Assembly (NCBI GenBank): GCA_910592345.1
Contig: CAJVPI010000077.1
Span: 1 to 60,095, forward strand
Reading direction: 5' to 3'
Origin: Paraglomus brasilianum
Taxonomy: Eukaryota
DNA: 60,095 nt
Shown: positions 1 through 11,811 of the stretch, one piece after another
Position numbering within the stretch: the first letter of the stretch is position 1
How the letters are laid out: each line of letters begins with the position of its first letter
Notes under the pieces: model-generated
The model's database searches: none
Told to the model about the DNA's origin: nothing
Seen by the model: the letters and a program-made list of their open reading frames with translations, nothing else
Translations under genes and position numbers: made by a program

Positions 1-618
1 TTATTACGGATAGTATAGAAAGGCCGATGGAGAATATATCTGTTGCCTAAGATATATTCGAGACACGATCCCAATGTGAGTCTGCGAACAAGTGTACCAC
101 GAAACACGAATCATGAAAGATAATAGTCAACGTAAAATCATTCGTCAGCAAGAAGGAAATTATTCTCTAAAGAAATAATAATAATTAGTTATGATAATGT
201 CCGATCTTAGAGATAGAATTATAAAGATATACTTAAGTAGTGTAATAAAGTTGGCTAAGTCGGTGGCCTCATCACTAAGCATTGACATTGCAAGACCCTA
301 TTGTCACGGTGAGGGAGCGCAGCCGCCTCGCGAAGAAAACCGCTGACACAAATAATGTAAAATAGTCTGATGTTGTGCTTCGAGTCTTGTGTCAGGCATG
401 TTTGGGAATGTCAGATAGTTCTACTTCGAAAACGCGTTTATTATTATTATGATTAAATTTGCGTAAATAAACAAACAAATTAATGATCACCAATATGCTT
501 CCTTATTTATTAAGAATATAAATTCAATTTACAGATTGCCGTTTTTTTCGTTACTAATACATAATAGCCTTCAATGTAATGCTGCTAATCACATGTTTTT
601 ATCAACTGTTTTAATGCT

Positions 619-2147
619 TTAAATCTTTTTCCTACCAATTCCATTTTTATAGAAATAATCAAGTTTATTTTGTGCATCAGCATGTCCTTGTTCAGCTGCT
701 TTTTGATACAATTCAACAGCCTTTCCAGCATCTTTTCCTACTCCAATTCCAAGCTGATAGAAATAACCAAGATTAAATTGTGCATCAGAATTTCCTTGTC
801 CAGCTGCTTTTTGATATAATTCAACTGCCTTTTCAACATCTTTTTCTACTCCAATTCCATTAGCATAGCAACTACCAAGGTTATTCTGTGCATCAGAATC
901 TCCTTGTTCAGCAGCCTTTTGATACCATTCAACTGCCTTTTGTTCAAGGTTATTCTGTGCATCAGAATCTCCTTGTTCAGCAGCCTTTTGATACCATTCA
1001 ACTGCCTTTTGTTCATCTTTTTCTACTCCAATTCCATTATTATAACAGTAACCAAGACTAAATTGTGATTGAGCATCTCCTTGTTTAGCTGCTTTTTGAT
1101 ACCATTCAACTGCCTTTTGTTCATCTTTTTCTACTCCAATTCCATTATCATAACACAAAGCAAGATTAAATTGTGATTCAGCATCTCCTTGTTCAGCTGC
1201 TTTTTGATATAATTCAACTGCCTTTTCAACATCTTCTTCAACTCCAATTCCACTAGCATAGCAACTACCAAGGTTATTCTGTGCATCAGCATGTCCTTGT
1301 TCAGCAGCCTTTTGATACCATTCAACTGCCTTTTGTTCATCTTTTTCTACTCCAGTTCCATTATTATAACACACACCAAGATTAAATTGTGATTTAGCAT
1401 GTCCTTGTTCAGCTGCTTTTTGATACCATTCAACAGCCTTTTTAGCATTTTTCTCTACTCCTGTTCCACTCTCATAACACCAACCAAGATTAAATTGTGA
1501 TTGAGCATATCCTTGTTCAGCTGCTTTTTGATACCATTCAACTGCCTTTTGTTCATCTTTTTCTACTCCAGTTCCATGTCTATAACACACACCAAGATTA
1601 AATTGTGATTTAGCATGTCCTTGTTCAGCTGCTTTTTGATACAGATTGACTGCTCTTTTAACATTTTTTTCTACTCCAATTCCTTTTTTATAGCAATAAC
1701 CAAGATAATATTGTGCATCAGAATCTCCTTGTTCAGCAGCCTTTTGATACCATTCAACTGCCTTTTGTTTATCTTTTTCTACTCCAATTCCATGTCTATA
1801 ACACACACCAAGATTATATTGTGCATCAAAATTTCCTTGTTCAGCTGCTTTTTGATACCATTCAACTGCCTTTTTAACATCTTTTTCTACTCCAGTTCCA
1901 TGTCTATAACACACACCAAGATTAAATTGTGCACTAGCATTTCCTTGTTCAGCTGCTTGTTGGTATAATTCAACAGCCTTTCCAGCATCTTTCTCTACCT
2001 TAATTCCATGTTGGTAGAAATAGCCAAGATTATACTGTGCAGTAGCATGTCCTTGTTTAGCTGCTTTATTGTATAATTTAACAGCCTTTTCAACATCTTT
2101 CTCTACCTCAATTCCATTTTCATAGCAAAGATCAAGATGATATTGTC
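619..2147 (-). CDS. SEL1-like repeat protein, terminal exon with ~14 36-aa repeats; upstream part disrupted by an inverted copy
   Basis: Repeats of A(Q)xNLGxCYxxGxGVEKDxxKAVEWYQKAAEQG. Minus-strand acceptor ttaac...ccag|GA CAA TAT at 2148/2147 suggests the real exon starts there rather than at the ORF start 2229. One internally deleted repeat (DAQNNLEQKAVEW). Confidence 0.9.
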
Positions 2148-2184
2148 CTGGTTTATTGTTAATGGTAACTGAATCAAAATTACA

Positions 2185-2685
2185 GCTTTGTGTTATGATA
2201 ATGGAACTGGAGTAGAAAAAGATAAACAAAAGGCAGTTGAATTATATCAAAAGGCTGCTGAACAAGGAGATTCTGATGCACAACATTATCTTGGTTATTG
2301 CTATAAAAAAGGAATTGGAGTAGAAAAAGATGTTAAAAGAGCAGTCAATCTGTATCAAAAAGCAGCTGAACAAGGACATGCTAAATCACAATTTAATCTT
2401 GCTTTGTGTTATGATAATGGAACTGGAGTAGAAAAAGATGAACAAAAGGCTGTTGAATGGTATCAAAAAGCAGCTGAACAAGGACATGCTCAATCGCAAT
2501 TTAATCTTGCTTTGTGTTATGATAATGGAACTGGAGTAGAAAAAGATGAACAAAAGACAGTTGAATGGTATCAAAAAGCAGCTGAACAAGGATATGCTCA
2601 ATAACAATATAATCTTGGTGTATGTTATGATAATGGAACTGAAGTAGAAAAAGAACAAAAGGCAGTTGAATGGTATCAAAAAGCA
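2185..2685 (+). pseudogene. Inverted SEL1-repeat fragment (~4.5 repeats) with an in-frame stop
   Basis: Near-identical to minus-strand repeats (GDSDAQHYLGYCYKKGIGVEKDVKRAVNLY vs GDSDAQYYLGYCYKKGIGVEKNVKRAVNLY). TAA at 2602-2604 where other repeats have TCA/TCG; SEL1 sequence continues to ~2685; no ATG start. Confidence 0.85.
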
Positions 2686-5419
2686 AGGATCTAAGTAATT
2701 GATTAAGAACAAAATGAATTAATTGTACTATGTACTTTCTATTAGAATTGTACCTCAAATCAAAGAAATAAAGAGAAGTTTATCTATATGTTCAAAGACA
2801 TTGGGGAATCTGTCATTGCTGATTCTGTCAAATCTAACCTTTATCTCCAGCAGCCACTCTCACTTTGAGTATTACCACTGTACACACCTAATAAGCATTG
2901 CAGCAGCGCGTTAAATCTCGGATACTTCCCCCCCTATCTATTTGTTTTCTGTTAGCACAACCTAACTTTTGTGTCCGATATTTCTTCCGACACTTTTGTT
3001 TAAAATTAACACCTGCTTAAAAATTGGTTCACATTCTTTGTTACCTGTAAATTGTAACTACATAATAAAAATACACTATAATAAGCATAATAATATATTG
3101 GCGTACAGAATGGTTAGTCGGATGTAATTTATTATTTGCCTGCATGGATGTTTTTAAACTAGAAGAATCACGGAATTTCAACAACCAATGTCTGAACGTC
3201 AATGGCAAGGCTTAAGAATACAGGCATCTAATTCCGATTATTTATGGTCGATCGTGTATAGTGACAATTTCAATGATGACAATAATTAATTAATCCTTTT
3301 CTATAGAAACGGAACAAAATTATATTACCGTTAATGAACGTTAGTAAACATAAACCCTTTGTCTGTCTTCTACTTTGATTCAACGCAATCTGTCGCTGTC
3401 ATTCTTGTAGTAGGTTAGCGAACAAAAGTTAGTATGTATCACATTGTATGCAGTAACAATTCAATACGTGCGAGTAAAAAATACACGTAAGTGTGTCATC
3501 TTGTTTATTAATATATATGCCCCAATATCTTTTCGGCGCATTTCAGGTGATCGTCTCATATGACCGCCTTGTATAAAATCATCGAGCCATGCAGTACTTA
3601 AACGGCGCTCTAGAATATCACGACGCAATAGACTATGAAATCACGACAAAAATTATTTTCAATCTTATCTTTTGAGACCTTAGGTCGAAAACAAAAAGCC
3701 ATACATCATTTATATTTTTCATATCTATTGGCGACAGCAAATATATCACACATGAATTTAAAGAATAAAGCCCGATATGGGTGGAATTATAAATTGCTTT
3801 ATTGAATTTTATTAATAAAAAAATAGTTAACAAGATGCAGTTAAGAAATTAACTAATATTATCTTTGCATGTAATTTTTGTCTAATTGAAAGCCGGGTGT
3901 CTCATCCAAAAGCTTTAATGCTCGTCTTACTTTCCAACCCTTTATCTCCTCTTCAGTCATCTCGTCAAACATATCTTTCGTGTTTCGCGACATCATCCTC
4001 AAATTCGAACTGGACTTTAGGTTTATTCAAAAATAGGTCCAGACTCTCCATCCCATTTTCCGATGCTTCTCCATGTTAATTCCCAAATGACGAAAGCAGT
4101 TAATTCTCGTTCCAATAGGAAAGTTAGGGTCAATGGTTGTAGTAGTTGCGGTAAAAGTGAGATCTTCGGTAAGTGTCCCACTTATGCTGTATGGTTGACA
4201 TTCAAAAGGTCTTAGACTATGGATCGAAAAAGAGATATTGTTACCTAAATAATTCGTTTAATCACACGACCTTGTAAATCTTTTTGATCCTCCGCATGTT
4301 GATTTTCGGTTCGTTTATCCCACGCGAATTGTTCATCGAAATCCTTATTTGTTGAATTCACTGTACTGTGATAACACTTGTAGCTCGACGAAAATTCAAG
4401 TGGTTAAGTAACTCTTCCAAATGCGTTTGGTTCATACTTGAGAGAGAGACTTTTGCTTTGTTCGTTGCCTGAAAAAACTTAGAAAAAATTACCCAGAAAA
4501 AGGCATTTACCTATCGAGAATATTAGCGAATTGTTGAGTTGTTTCAGTAAACGTGTCAATCGACCGCTTATATAATGATTCTCCTTCTGTAATTTCCAAA
4601 GGTGCCTCCGAATAAATATAAGCACAAAGTTAATAAATTACATAAACGTCGCCTTACTATTTGATTACCTTTTTTACACCTCCATTCATTAACTTTTTCA
4701 TTATTCGTCTATTTTTGTTAATGCTTGAAAAGATAATAAATTCACTTACTGGAAGGAGCAGGAGAGATAGGCAACTCAACAATTATGTGAATATTATTTT
4801 TGTTGGGTTGTGTGGTAAAAATGTCTCCAACTTTGTTAGGATGAAAAAACTCCCGTCCCTGCAACACATTCGCAATATTTACGGAGGTTTGGGGAGTTGA
4901 AAGGTATATTGACTACCCATATTTTAAGTTGCCACGATGCAAAATTATTGAGATAGGGCTCGCTCTCTTTCTTAATTAACTGCGAAGTCAGCAATATTCT
5001 TGTGATTTTCTACCATAACTGAGAAAAAAGAACTTGAAGGTTCACCGTGGACCAAACAGAAAAGTGTGGTCTCAGTTCTAGTAACAGTGGACAGGCTAGT
5101 ACAGTAGGCAAAGTCTTAGGCGGTCTTCCTCTTGTCTTAGTCATAAGTTTAATATGGAAATACAGGTCATACCAATCCAATGTCTATCAAATTTAACATG
5201 TTTAGTTTAACAAGTCTACCAAAAACTAGAACGTGTGAAATAAAGGTCGTGTTTAGCCTTTATTCACAACCACTTTTTAAGCACCAGGTGAATTTAATTA
5301 TAACAAGTCAATTTATTTGATTATTATCACATTATCACATTAATGCAATCTTACAATATTATGATACATTGCGATTATATTGATATTTGCAATTAATAAC
5401 AATTGTATAATATTCAAAA

Positions 5420-7375
5420 CTTCTTTTTTTTTTGTCTTATTTCTTTCTTTCTTTTGCTCATTATAATTATAATATTGATAACATTATTAACTAAAGTTAC
5501 TTATTACATTATAAGAAATATAGGTGGATAAACAATCGAATAACTATTGCTTCCAAACAGGCATGCCAAGCAACAAACTCACTTTCCATCTCTACCAGCT
5601 TCAGGAACAGATCCTTCACAAGCAGTTAAGCAATCACCGAATCGGACCCTCAAACTCGCTCCACTCCACCAAGTGTCCCATTGGATCCGTTCACAGCAGC
5701 AAACCACCAGTGTAGAGAAAAAGGGGAGAGTAAGGAAAAGAAAAAGAAAAAGGGGCTAGTTTATAACGTAAAGCAAATGCGATACTTACCTTATACTTAC
5801 TCAAAACCTTCTACCCGTCATCTAAAAGCTGTGTAAAAAAAAGAAAGGAGATGTGATAGTGTTCCGAGCATCCCCCGTGACCCACTTATCAGAGGACCCA
5901 CTTCACCGCAGGTGAGAGTGGTGAGTAGAGAGGGGCGTCACCAGTAACTGCCCGCTGCCCGATCCAGAACCGCTCCCGCCCACCAGTCGAGACAAAAGAG
6001 AACAGCCACCTAGTTAACCGGTTTAAGAGCAAGTCTGTTAGTAAGCGATTATTTATCCACCAATCTATGTCTATTTTAAAGCCAACCCCTTCTTTACTTC
6101 CTCACAATGAGTATAGACCAAGATCATAGTGTCGGGAAACCGTTTCGAAATCGAGGCGGTGAATTCGTGTGTAATTCCTAAATAGTATCAATAGATATAA
6201 TAATAAATTTTTGGGTTATTTTGCATATTTGTATGTGTATGCTAGCATAGAGGCGGAATATTTGTACTCTTTCGTCGGCTATGTGGTCGATAAACCGAGT
6301 CGTCGTTTCGAATACTTGTTCGAGAGTTGTAGAAACTGTTGTACGTGCGTAATATGGAGGGCGGCAAAGGCTTATTGCGTTGTATATTTTACTTTGGAGA
6401 AGTTGTTATGAAGCGATACGTGCGCAACGGAGAGATATATGAGTAACGCGTGTTCAAACTCTTTTATCGGTTACGTAGTTGATAAACCGTGTCGTTGAAT
6501 ACTTGTCATGTGGAGTGGCGGCAAATGTTTGTTGCATTGTATATTTAGCTTTTCGATAACATTGTATTTGCGCTTTGGAAGAGGAGAGAGGTTGTTGCGA
6601 AGCGATACTGGCGACCCGCGTGACCATTGTACATAACCTCGATGCCCCGGGACTGGTAACCTTCCAGCCGACATTGCTTCAACAGTCACGTCTGTGAAAA
6701 GTGGAGGGGTAGCGTTTGGGTATATGTGTGTTTATATGAGTAAACGCGTGTTTAAACTCTTTCATCAATTATATGATCGATAACCGTGCCGTTGTTTCGT
6801 ATGTGTGTACGGCGGCAATATGCGCAATGGAGAGTAGCGTTTGGTGTATATGTGTTTATACGCGTTCGAGGTCGATATGTCGGTGTCGCTGTTTAAAAAT
6901 TTGGTTTGTGAGTTGTAGCAAAGTGTCGTATGTGCATAATATGGAGCAGTAAAGGCGTTGTTCGTTGTATTCGTTGTATTTGCGCTTTGGAGGAGAAGAG
7001 GTTGTTGTGAGGCGATACATGTGCAATGGAGAGAAGGTCTGGGTATATATATGTGTATGAGTAGACGCGTGTTCGCGTGTTAGATGGGAAGATGACACAT
7101 AATGGTACTACTTGATATAACCTTATAAGTAGAAATGTCGTTATCTATGCAATAAGGAGCGTGAGAGTCTGACTGTCGACCAATAGTAAAGCATAAACGG
7201 ATATTGATATATTGTCTAGCGTAACACATATTGAGACTGGCACGATTGTTTCCGTAAATAAGGACAATAGAATCAGCGTAACATTCCGTAGCACACGCAG
7301 TAAAATAATTTTCACTGGTTAAAGAGTTCGATAAGCCACTGATCTCCATGATAGTAATGATATCGATAACAAGCA
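5420..7375. mobile_element. Unclassified ~2 kb dispersed repeat, copy 1
   Basis: Colinear, same-orientation similarity to 48500-50677. 16-bp inverted repeat at 5523-5538/6046-6061; degenerate internal tandem units at ~6250-7080; T-rich left end (A-rich tail on minus). Confidence 0.8.
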
Positions 7376-7580
7376 ATATAATAAATAGTCACAAGACTTA
7401 AATTCTCATGAAAACATGATGATATTGTGCATCGAGAAAAAAAAAGTTTATATGCATATACAGTATTATTCGCGAAGTAATCTGAGTTTCAAATTTCATC
7501 TTTTATTGGTTTGGTCACGGGGGAGGGGCGATAATAATAATAATTGTGACGCGTAAACCACCTTTCCAAAACACATCAAA

Positions 7581-9225
7581 ATGTCACTTTATACCGGTAC
7601 TGCAAACACCAGTAGCTTTAGGTCAAGAACAAGTGCACGCTCTGTTGCCACTGCGTAAGTAAACATGTGCAATTGTTACTCCTTGTGACGCAAAATTACT
7701 GTAATTGTTAATCGTATCAAAATGTCACTTTACCAGTTTCAGTAGTGTTAGTTCAACCAGGTCAAGTACAAGTGCACGCTCTGTCGCCACTGCCTAAGTA
7801 AATACAGTCTAATCTGGTTATAACGAATTCTGCGGGACTGGAAAAATCTTCCTTATAACCAGAAATTCCTTATAACCAAGGTTTCTTTTTGTAGCAAAGA
7901 TTATAATTATTTACTGATTGGTTCGGAGACAATCTTCATTATAAACAGATATTCGTTATAACCAGATTAGACTGTATGTGCAATTGTTACTCCCTATTTT
8001 CTTTTCGCTAACTTTCATATTCCGGAAATATTCTTAGGTGTAGTACTGATGCGGTTCCAGAAAGTCCAGAAAGAATGCTAGACTGCAACTATTATCGAAA
8101 CTTGTGGTGGGATAAGGGAGAATTTAATGAAAAAGCGAGATGGGATGAAGTAACGTAAGTTTACTGTTTGATGTTGGTATTTTTTAACCATTTGCTGATG
8201 TAAATTGTTTGTATTAAGCCTACCGTATGTACTTGCTACGGGAATCACCATAGAGGATTATGAAGAACGTGTAGAAAAATTTAGCATTCATAGATGCTGG
8301 GAATGGTCGAATGGAAAAGTAATAATCTATGAACTTCCTTCTATGCCACACGAAGTTGTTATTGGTGCAGTTACTAGGATGTTAATGTACCAATGCCATG
8401 CCGTTGCTTTTACCAATGCTGAGATTGATGGTTTTGGTGGGACTAGTAAGTATTAATGTTACAACATATTGTTCCGCCTATGCGTACATCGTATTAAATT
8501 TTTTTAAAGGAACCCGTGACATAAACCGTGGAAAAGAAGCCGATGCATCGTTTCGTCCGATGAAACCAGCCATAACCGCACCATATGGAAGCGATGGACA
8601 TGTAAGTTCCGTTGGTTTTGAATTTTTTAAAGCCAGTAACTTTATATACTTTTTTATTTAGGATTGTCCTTGGCCAAATTTGGTCGTGGAAGTAGCCTAT
8701 TCTGAAACATTAAATCACGCCAAAGAAGCTTTAAAATATTGGCTAAGTCCTGGTCGCGCCCACGATTGTATTATTGTAAAAATTGATCCTGTCTCCCAAG
8801 GCCAAATACCAGTCCGTATGAGGGTAGGCTATATTTATACAGTGTAGCCCATCATATTTATTGGTATAATTCCTAATTCATCTTAAACTTAGGCTTGGCA
8901 TTATTGCATAGAAGATAGAAGGACAATCAATACAATTCCACATAGAACTATGGTAATGTTAAACTATATAGCAATTCGTTTTTCTGTTAAAATCTCTAAA
9001 GTATGTATAAATGATTACTAGTTTGAATTCGGTACACAGGATGGCACAGGAGCTCCATTAAATATTTCGCAAGGTCAATGCATTATTAACATATCATTAC
9101 GCTGTCTTTACCATGATTTGATGCCTCCTGCCCAAATCCCTCAAACCCTTAATGATCCCATTCAACTGGACTTTTACTTTGCTCAACGTGCAATCGCTCG
9201 AGCGTATATGCATAACATTCATTAG
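7581..9225 (+). CDS. Uma2/DUF820-like PD-(D/E)XK putative endonuclease, multi-exon
   Basis: GT-AG exons join in frame: MSLYTGTANT...WEWSNGKVIIYELPSMPHE...KEADASFRP...WPNLVVEVAYSE...YWLSPG...LDFYFAQRAIARAYMHNIH*. The E..P...H, xADxS and VVEVAxS motifs are typical of Uma2. Confidence 0.8.
7805..7974. mobile_element. Tc1/mariner(pogo)-type MITE, 170 bp, in intron 1 of the Uma2-like gene
   Basis: Perfect 24-bp TIRs CAGTCTAATCTGGTTATAACGAAT (7805-7828 and 7951-7974) flanked by TA on both sides. Confidence 0.9.
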
Positions 9226-9799
9226 GACTACTTCATATTGTAGCCTCGGCTTTAACATTTATTATGCTGATTGAATCTGTTTGGATTTATGTTTTAATCA
9301 CTAAGCTTTTTTTTACCTACTGCTAAATCCTGTTATTAATAACTGGAAAATGTGTTGTGCTATGCTACTTCGAAATTCTTCATTCATATATTTTTATCGC
9401 AAATCTATGATATGTAAAAAATGTAATTAATTTTTCTGTGAAAGTGTAAGACCTAGGGTCAGTTATGTGATTTTTTTCGCTCTGGCTTCGAGCACGTTTA
9501 AAATTTCAAGTTATTTAATGAGATCCAATTCTCAAAGATGCACTATAAATGGGTCCAAGCATATCTTAGTGCAATCCGGTTCTTTTCCCATAACAGATAA
9601 CAAATTTATTATATATCATCAAAACCGCACCAATTTAATAATTATTAGAAAGCAGGAAAGATATAAATAATAACAAGTTTTATTAAAGTTAAAAAAACAA
9701 TTTGCTTATTGTTGTTTTCAATAACTTACTAGATTCTACTCATTGATAAATATATATCAAATGCAATTTTAATTTAATCAATTTCCTATTACATTATTG

Positions 9800-11200
9800 T
9801 TATTGAGATCACTTGTCTTGTTCGGTATTGCCGTCCTTGTTATTTTTATGAAGAATGCGATAGACTCTTCCCCTTACTCTCAATGTATAGTCTTTCATTT
9901 TTAGATTCGAGGTGTCCATTTTGTACGTCTTCTGGAAGTTTATTATCTTATTGTAAGGTAGTAATACAGAAATAATGGTGTCGTTCCGACTATCACGGGA
10001 GAGCGGATAATAATCGGCACTAGGAATTTAGCTACTTTCTCACGGAGCGTGGCTTCTCCTACTAATAGTTAAACATCTGTGACCTTTACACTAGGATTTT
10101 CTTACGTACGACTCACTGCGTCGATAATTGCAGTAATCTAGTAGATGAAAATATAATATCTGTTGTGTGTGATTTTTGACAAGTAGACCTTTCTATTTGC
10201 CAGTTCCAGTAATTTTGTTTAAATATATGCCATTTTTCAGAGACATCGATGTCATTCAACATCCATCTGGACTTGAGGAGTACATGATTTCATTCATTTC
10301 GCGTGACCACAGTTATTCTCTATAACACCATCGGAAATCAGGGAGAAAATATACTAATACGTTGGTAAGCAAATTAAATTTTTATATTGCCCAAAATGAA
10401 ATACTTTTCTTACCACATCGAACGGTCTTTTCGCTAGAAGATTTCTCTTTGAATATACTTTCTGTTTGAGTTGAAGCACTTCCTGTTGCTAGCATTTGTT
10501 GCTTTTTCGAATGCGATAAGGACGTTATTAATCCTTACCGATCGTTCTTTTGCATCATTAACGTTCTATGAGTAAAGTGAATATCAAAGTTAGTTGAAAG
10601 AGCATTCCTTGACTCTCTATTCCCATCGTTATATACCTTTGCAACAAATTTTTGGCTTGGCTTTCTCGACATTATTTTTTTTCAAATCTGATGTTTCTTG
10701 TGTGAACAATCCACGTTTCAGACTTATACATTTCTTCTTTGTTTTAGTTCTCCAATGCTTAATGAAAAAAAAAAAAAAGAATAAAGAATTAAAAACATTC
10801 GCAAGACTCATTGGGTCGAACGAGGAGTTCTTTACTGTGGACTAGGAATGTCACTGGAACGAACAATTCCCAGCTTACGCTTGAAATATGAATGGAGCGA
10901 GCAGTTCCAGCTTCGAAATGAGTTTACTTGCGAAAATAATGTTCTTACCTTCCAATGATCTGCTAAAGACAGCGTTCAGCTTTACAACTTTTTATAGGTA
11001 GCGTTACCAATCTTCTTGCTCGATAGTGTTCAACTAGGTCCAATTTTCAGTTAGAATGGGGTTAAGTTCACGCGTTTGGAGGGGACAGACGAGGCTAAAT
11101 GACGCGAGACAAGACTCACCTGACTATTATTATGGTAGGAGTATATCGACCATTGTGGCGCTAACGATTTTTAACACCCGAAATTGGGTGTGGCGTCCAT
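9800..11200 (-). pseudogene. Decayed multi-exon gene of unknown, probably lineage-specific family
   Basis: Minus-strand gtgagt/ctaac/tag splice signals join MDATPNFGC*KSLAPQWSIYSYHNNSQ|LNTIEQEDC|RSLE with a premature TAA; further exon-like segments with stops downstream. 3' limit approximate. Confidence 0.35.
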
Positions 11201-11272
11201 ATTTAGTGGCAACGGATTCTCTCGCGTCTTCAATGACATAGCCTGTCCCTTCAGTCGTTCTACTTGTGAGTG

Positions 11273-11811
11273 ATGTTTCAAGAGAACATACCATCGTTCT
11301 CTTCTTGCACTGGCAAGCGCAAGAATCCTTTCGGAGACTCTTCTGTTGTCACTCAGAAGAACCCACGCTCAGGAATGGAAGTCTTTGGTGAGCCTGCAAA
11401 ATCATAGATGTTTGACTGTTTAGTGTTGTCTCGTATTACTAAGCAATTATATGTTCTAGAGTATACCAAGCTGTTACTAATGGCTGGCCAACAAAAATTG
11501 CATCGCGAAGAAAAGCTAAAGAAGCTGGGACAAAACCCACAATCCCTGCTTCCTAAATGCCATACTTCGTCATCTGTCGAGCATTGTTCATTCTGCGATC
11601 GTAATGTCTGCATACAATGTCAGGTGTCCTGCGAACGATGCCAGGAAATCTTTTGCAGCTATTGTTCTACGATAAAGTATCCTTCAGATATTGACTAGAC
11701 GATACTAATATGGAATGTATAGCTGGTTTTATTATCCTTAACCCGTATAATTACAGTTACGACCAACGAGAAGAGAGAAAATTCTGCTTAGGCTGTATTG
11801 ATCATATTTGA
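11273..11811 (+). CDS. Siva-like zinc-finger protein; exons 11273-11387, 11460-11676, 11757-11811
   Basis: Spliced product MFQENIPS...EVFEYTKLLLMAG...CSFCDRNVCIQCQVSCERCQEIFCSYCSTINYDQREERKFCLGCIDHI*, matching the Siva amphipathic helix and C-terminal Cys pattern. Confidence 0.8.
11677..11756 (+). other. U12-type (minor spliceosome) GT-AG intron, 80 nt
   Basis: 5' splice site GTATCCTT, branch point TCCTTAAC at 11735-11742, 14 nt before the end of the terminal CAG; removal restores the CxxC...NYD...FCLGC motif. Confidence 0.9.

Noticed and set aside
619..2685. CRISPR-like regular repeats
   Set aside because: 108-bp coding SEL1 units in eukaryotic DNA; no unique spacers or cas genes.
1131..2758. 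Short overlapping ORFs around the SEL1 array
   Set aside because: Alternative-frame or antisense shadows of the repeats.
3880..4600. Exon-like minus-strand segments
   Set aside because: Stops or frameshifts and no recognisable family; cannot support a call.
5782..5800. ATACTTACCT, identical to the U1 snRNA 5' end (also at ~48900)
   Set aside because: No U1 stem-loops or Sm site follow; it lies inside a dispersed repeat and reads equally as tandem GTAAGT motifs on the minus strand.
5850..5960. Possible hammerhead or HDV-like ribozyme in the repeat core (CTGATAAG, TCCTCTG on minus)
   Set aside because: Could not build the required stems or catalytic core by eye.
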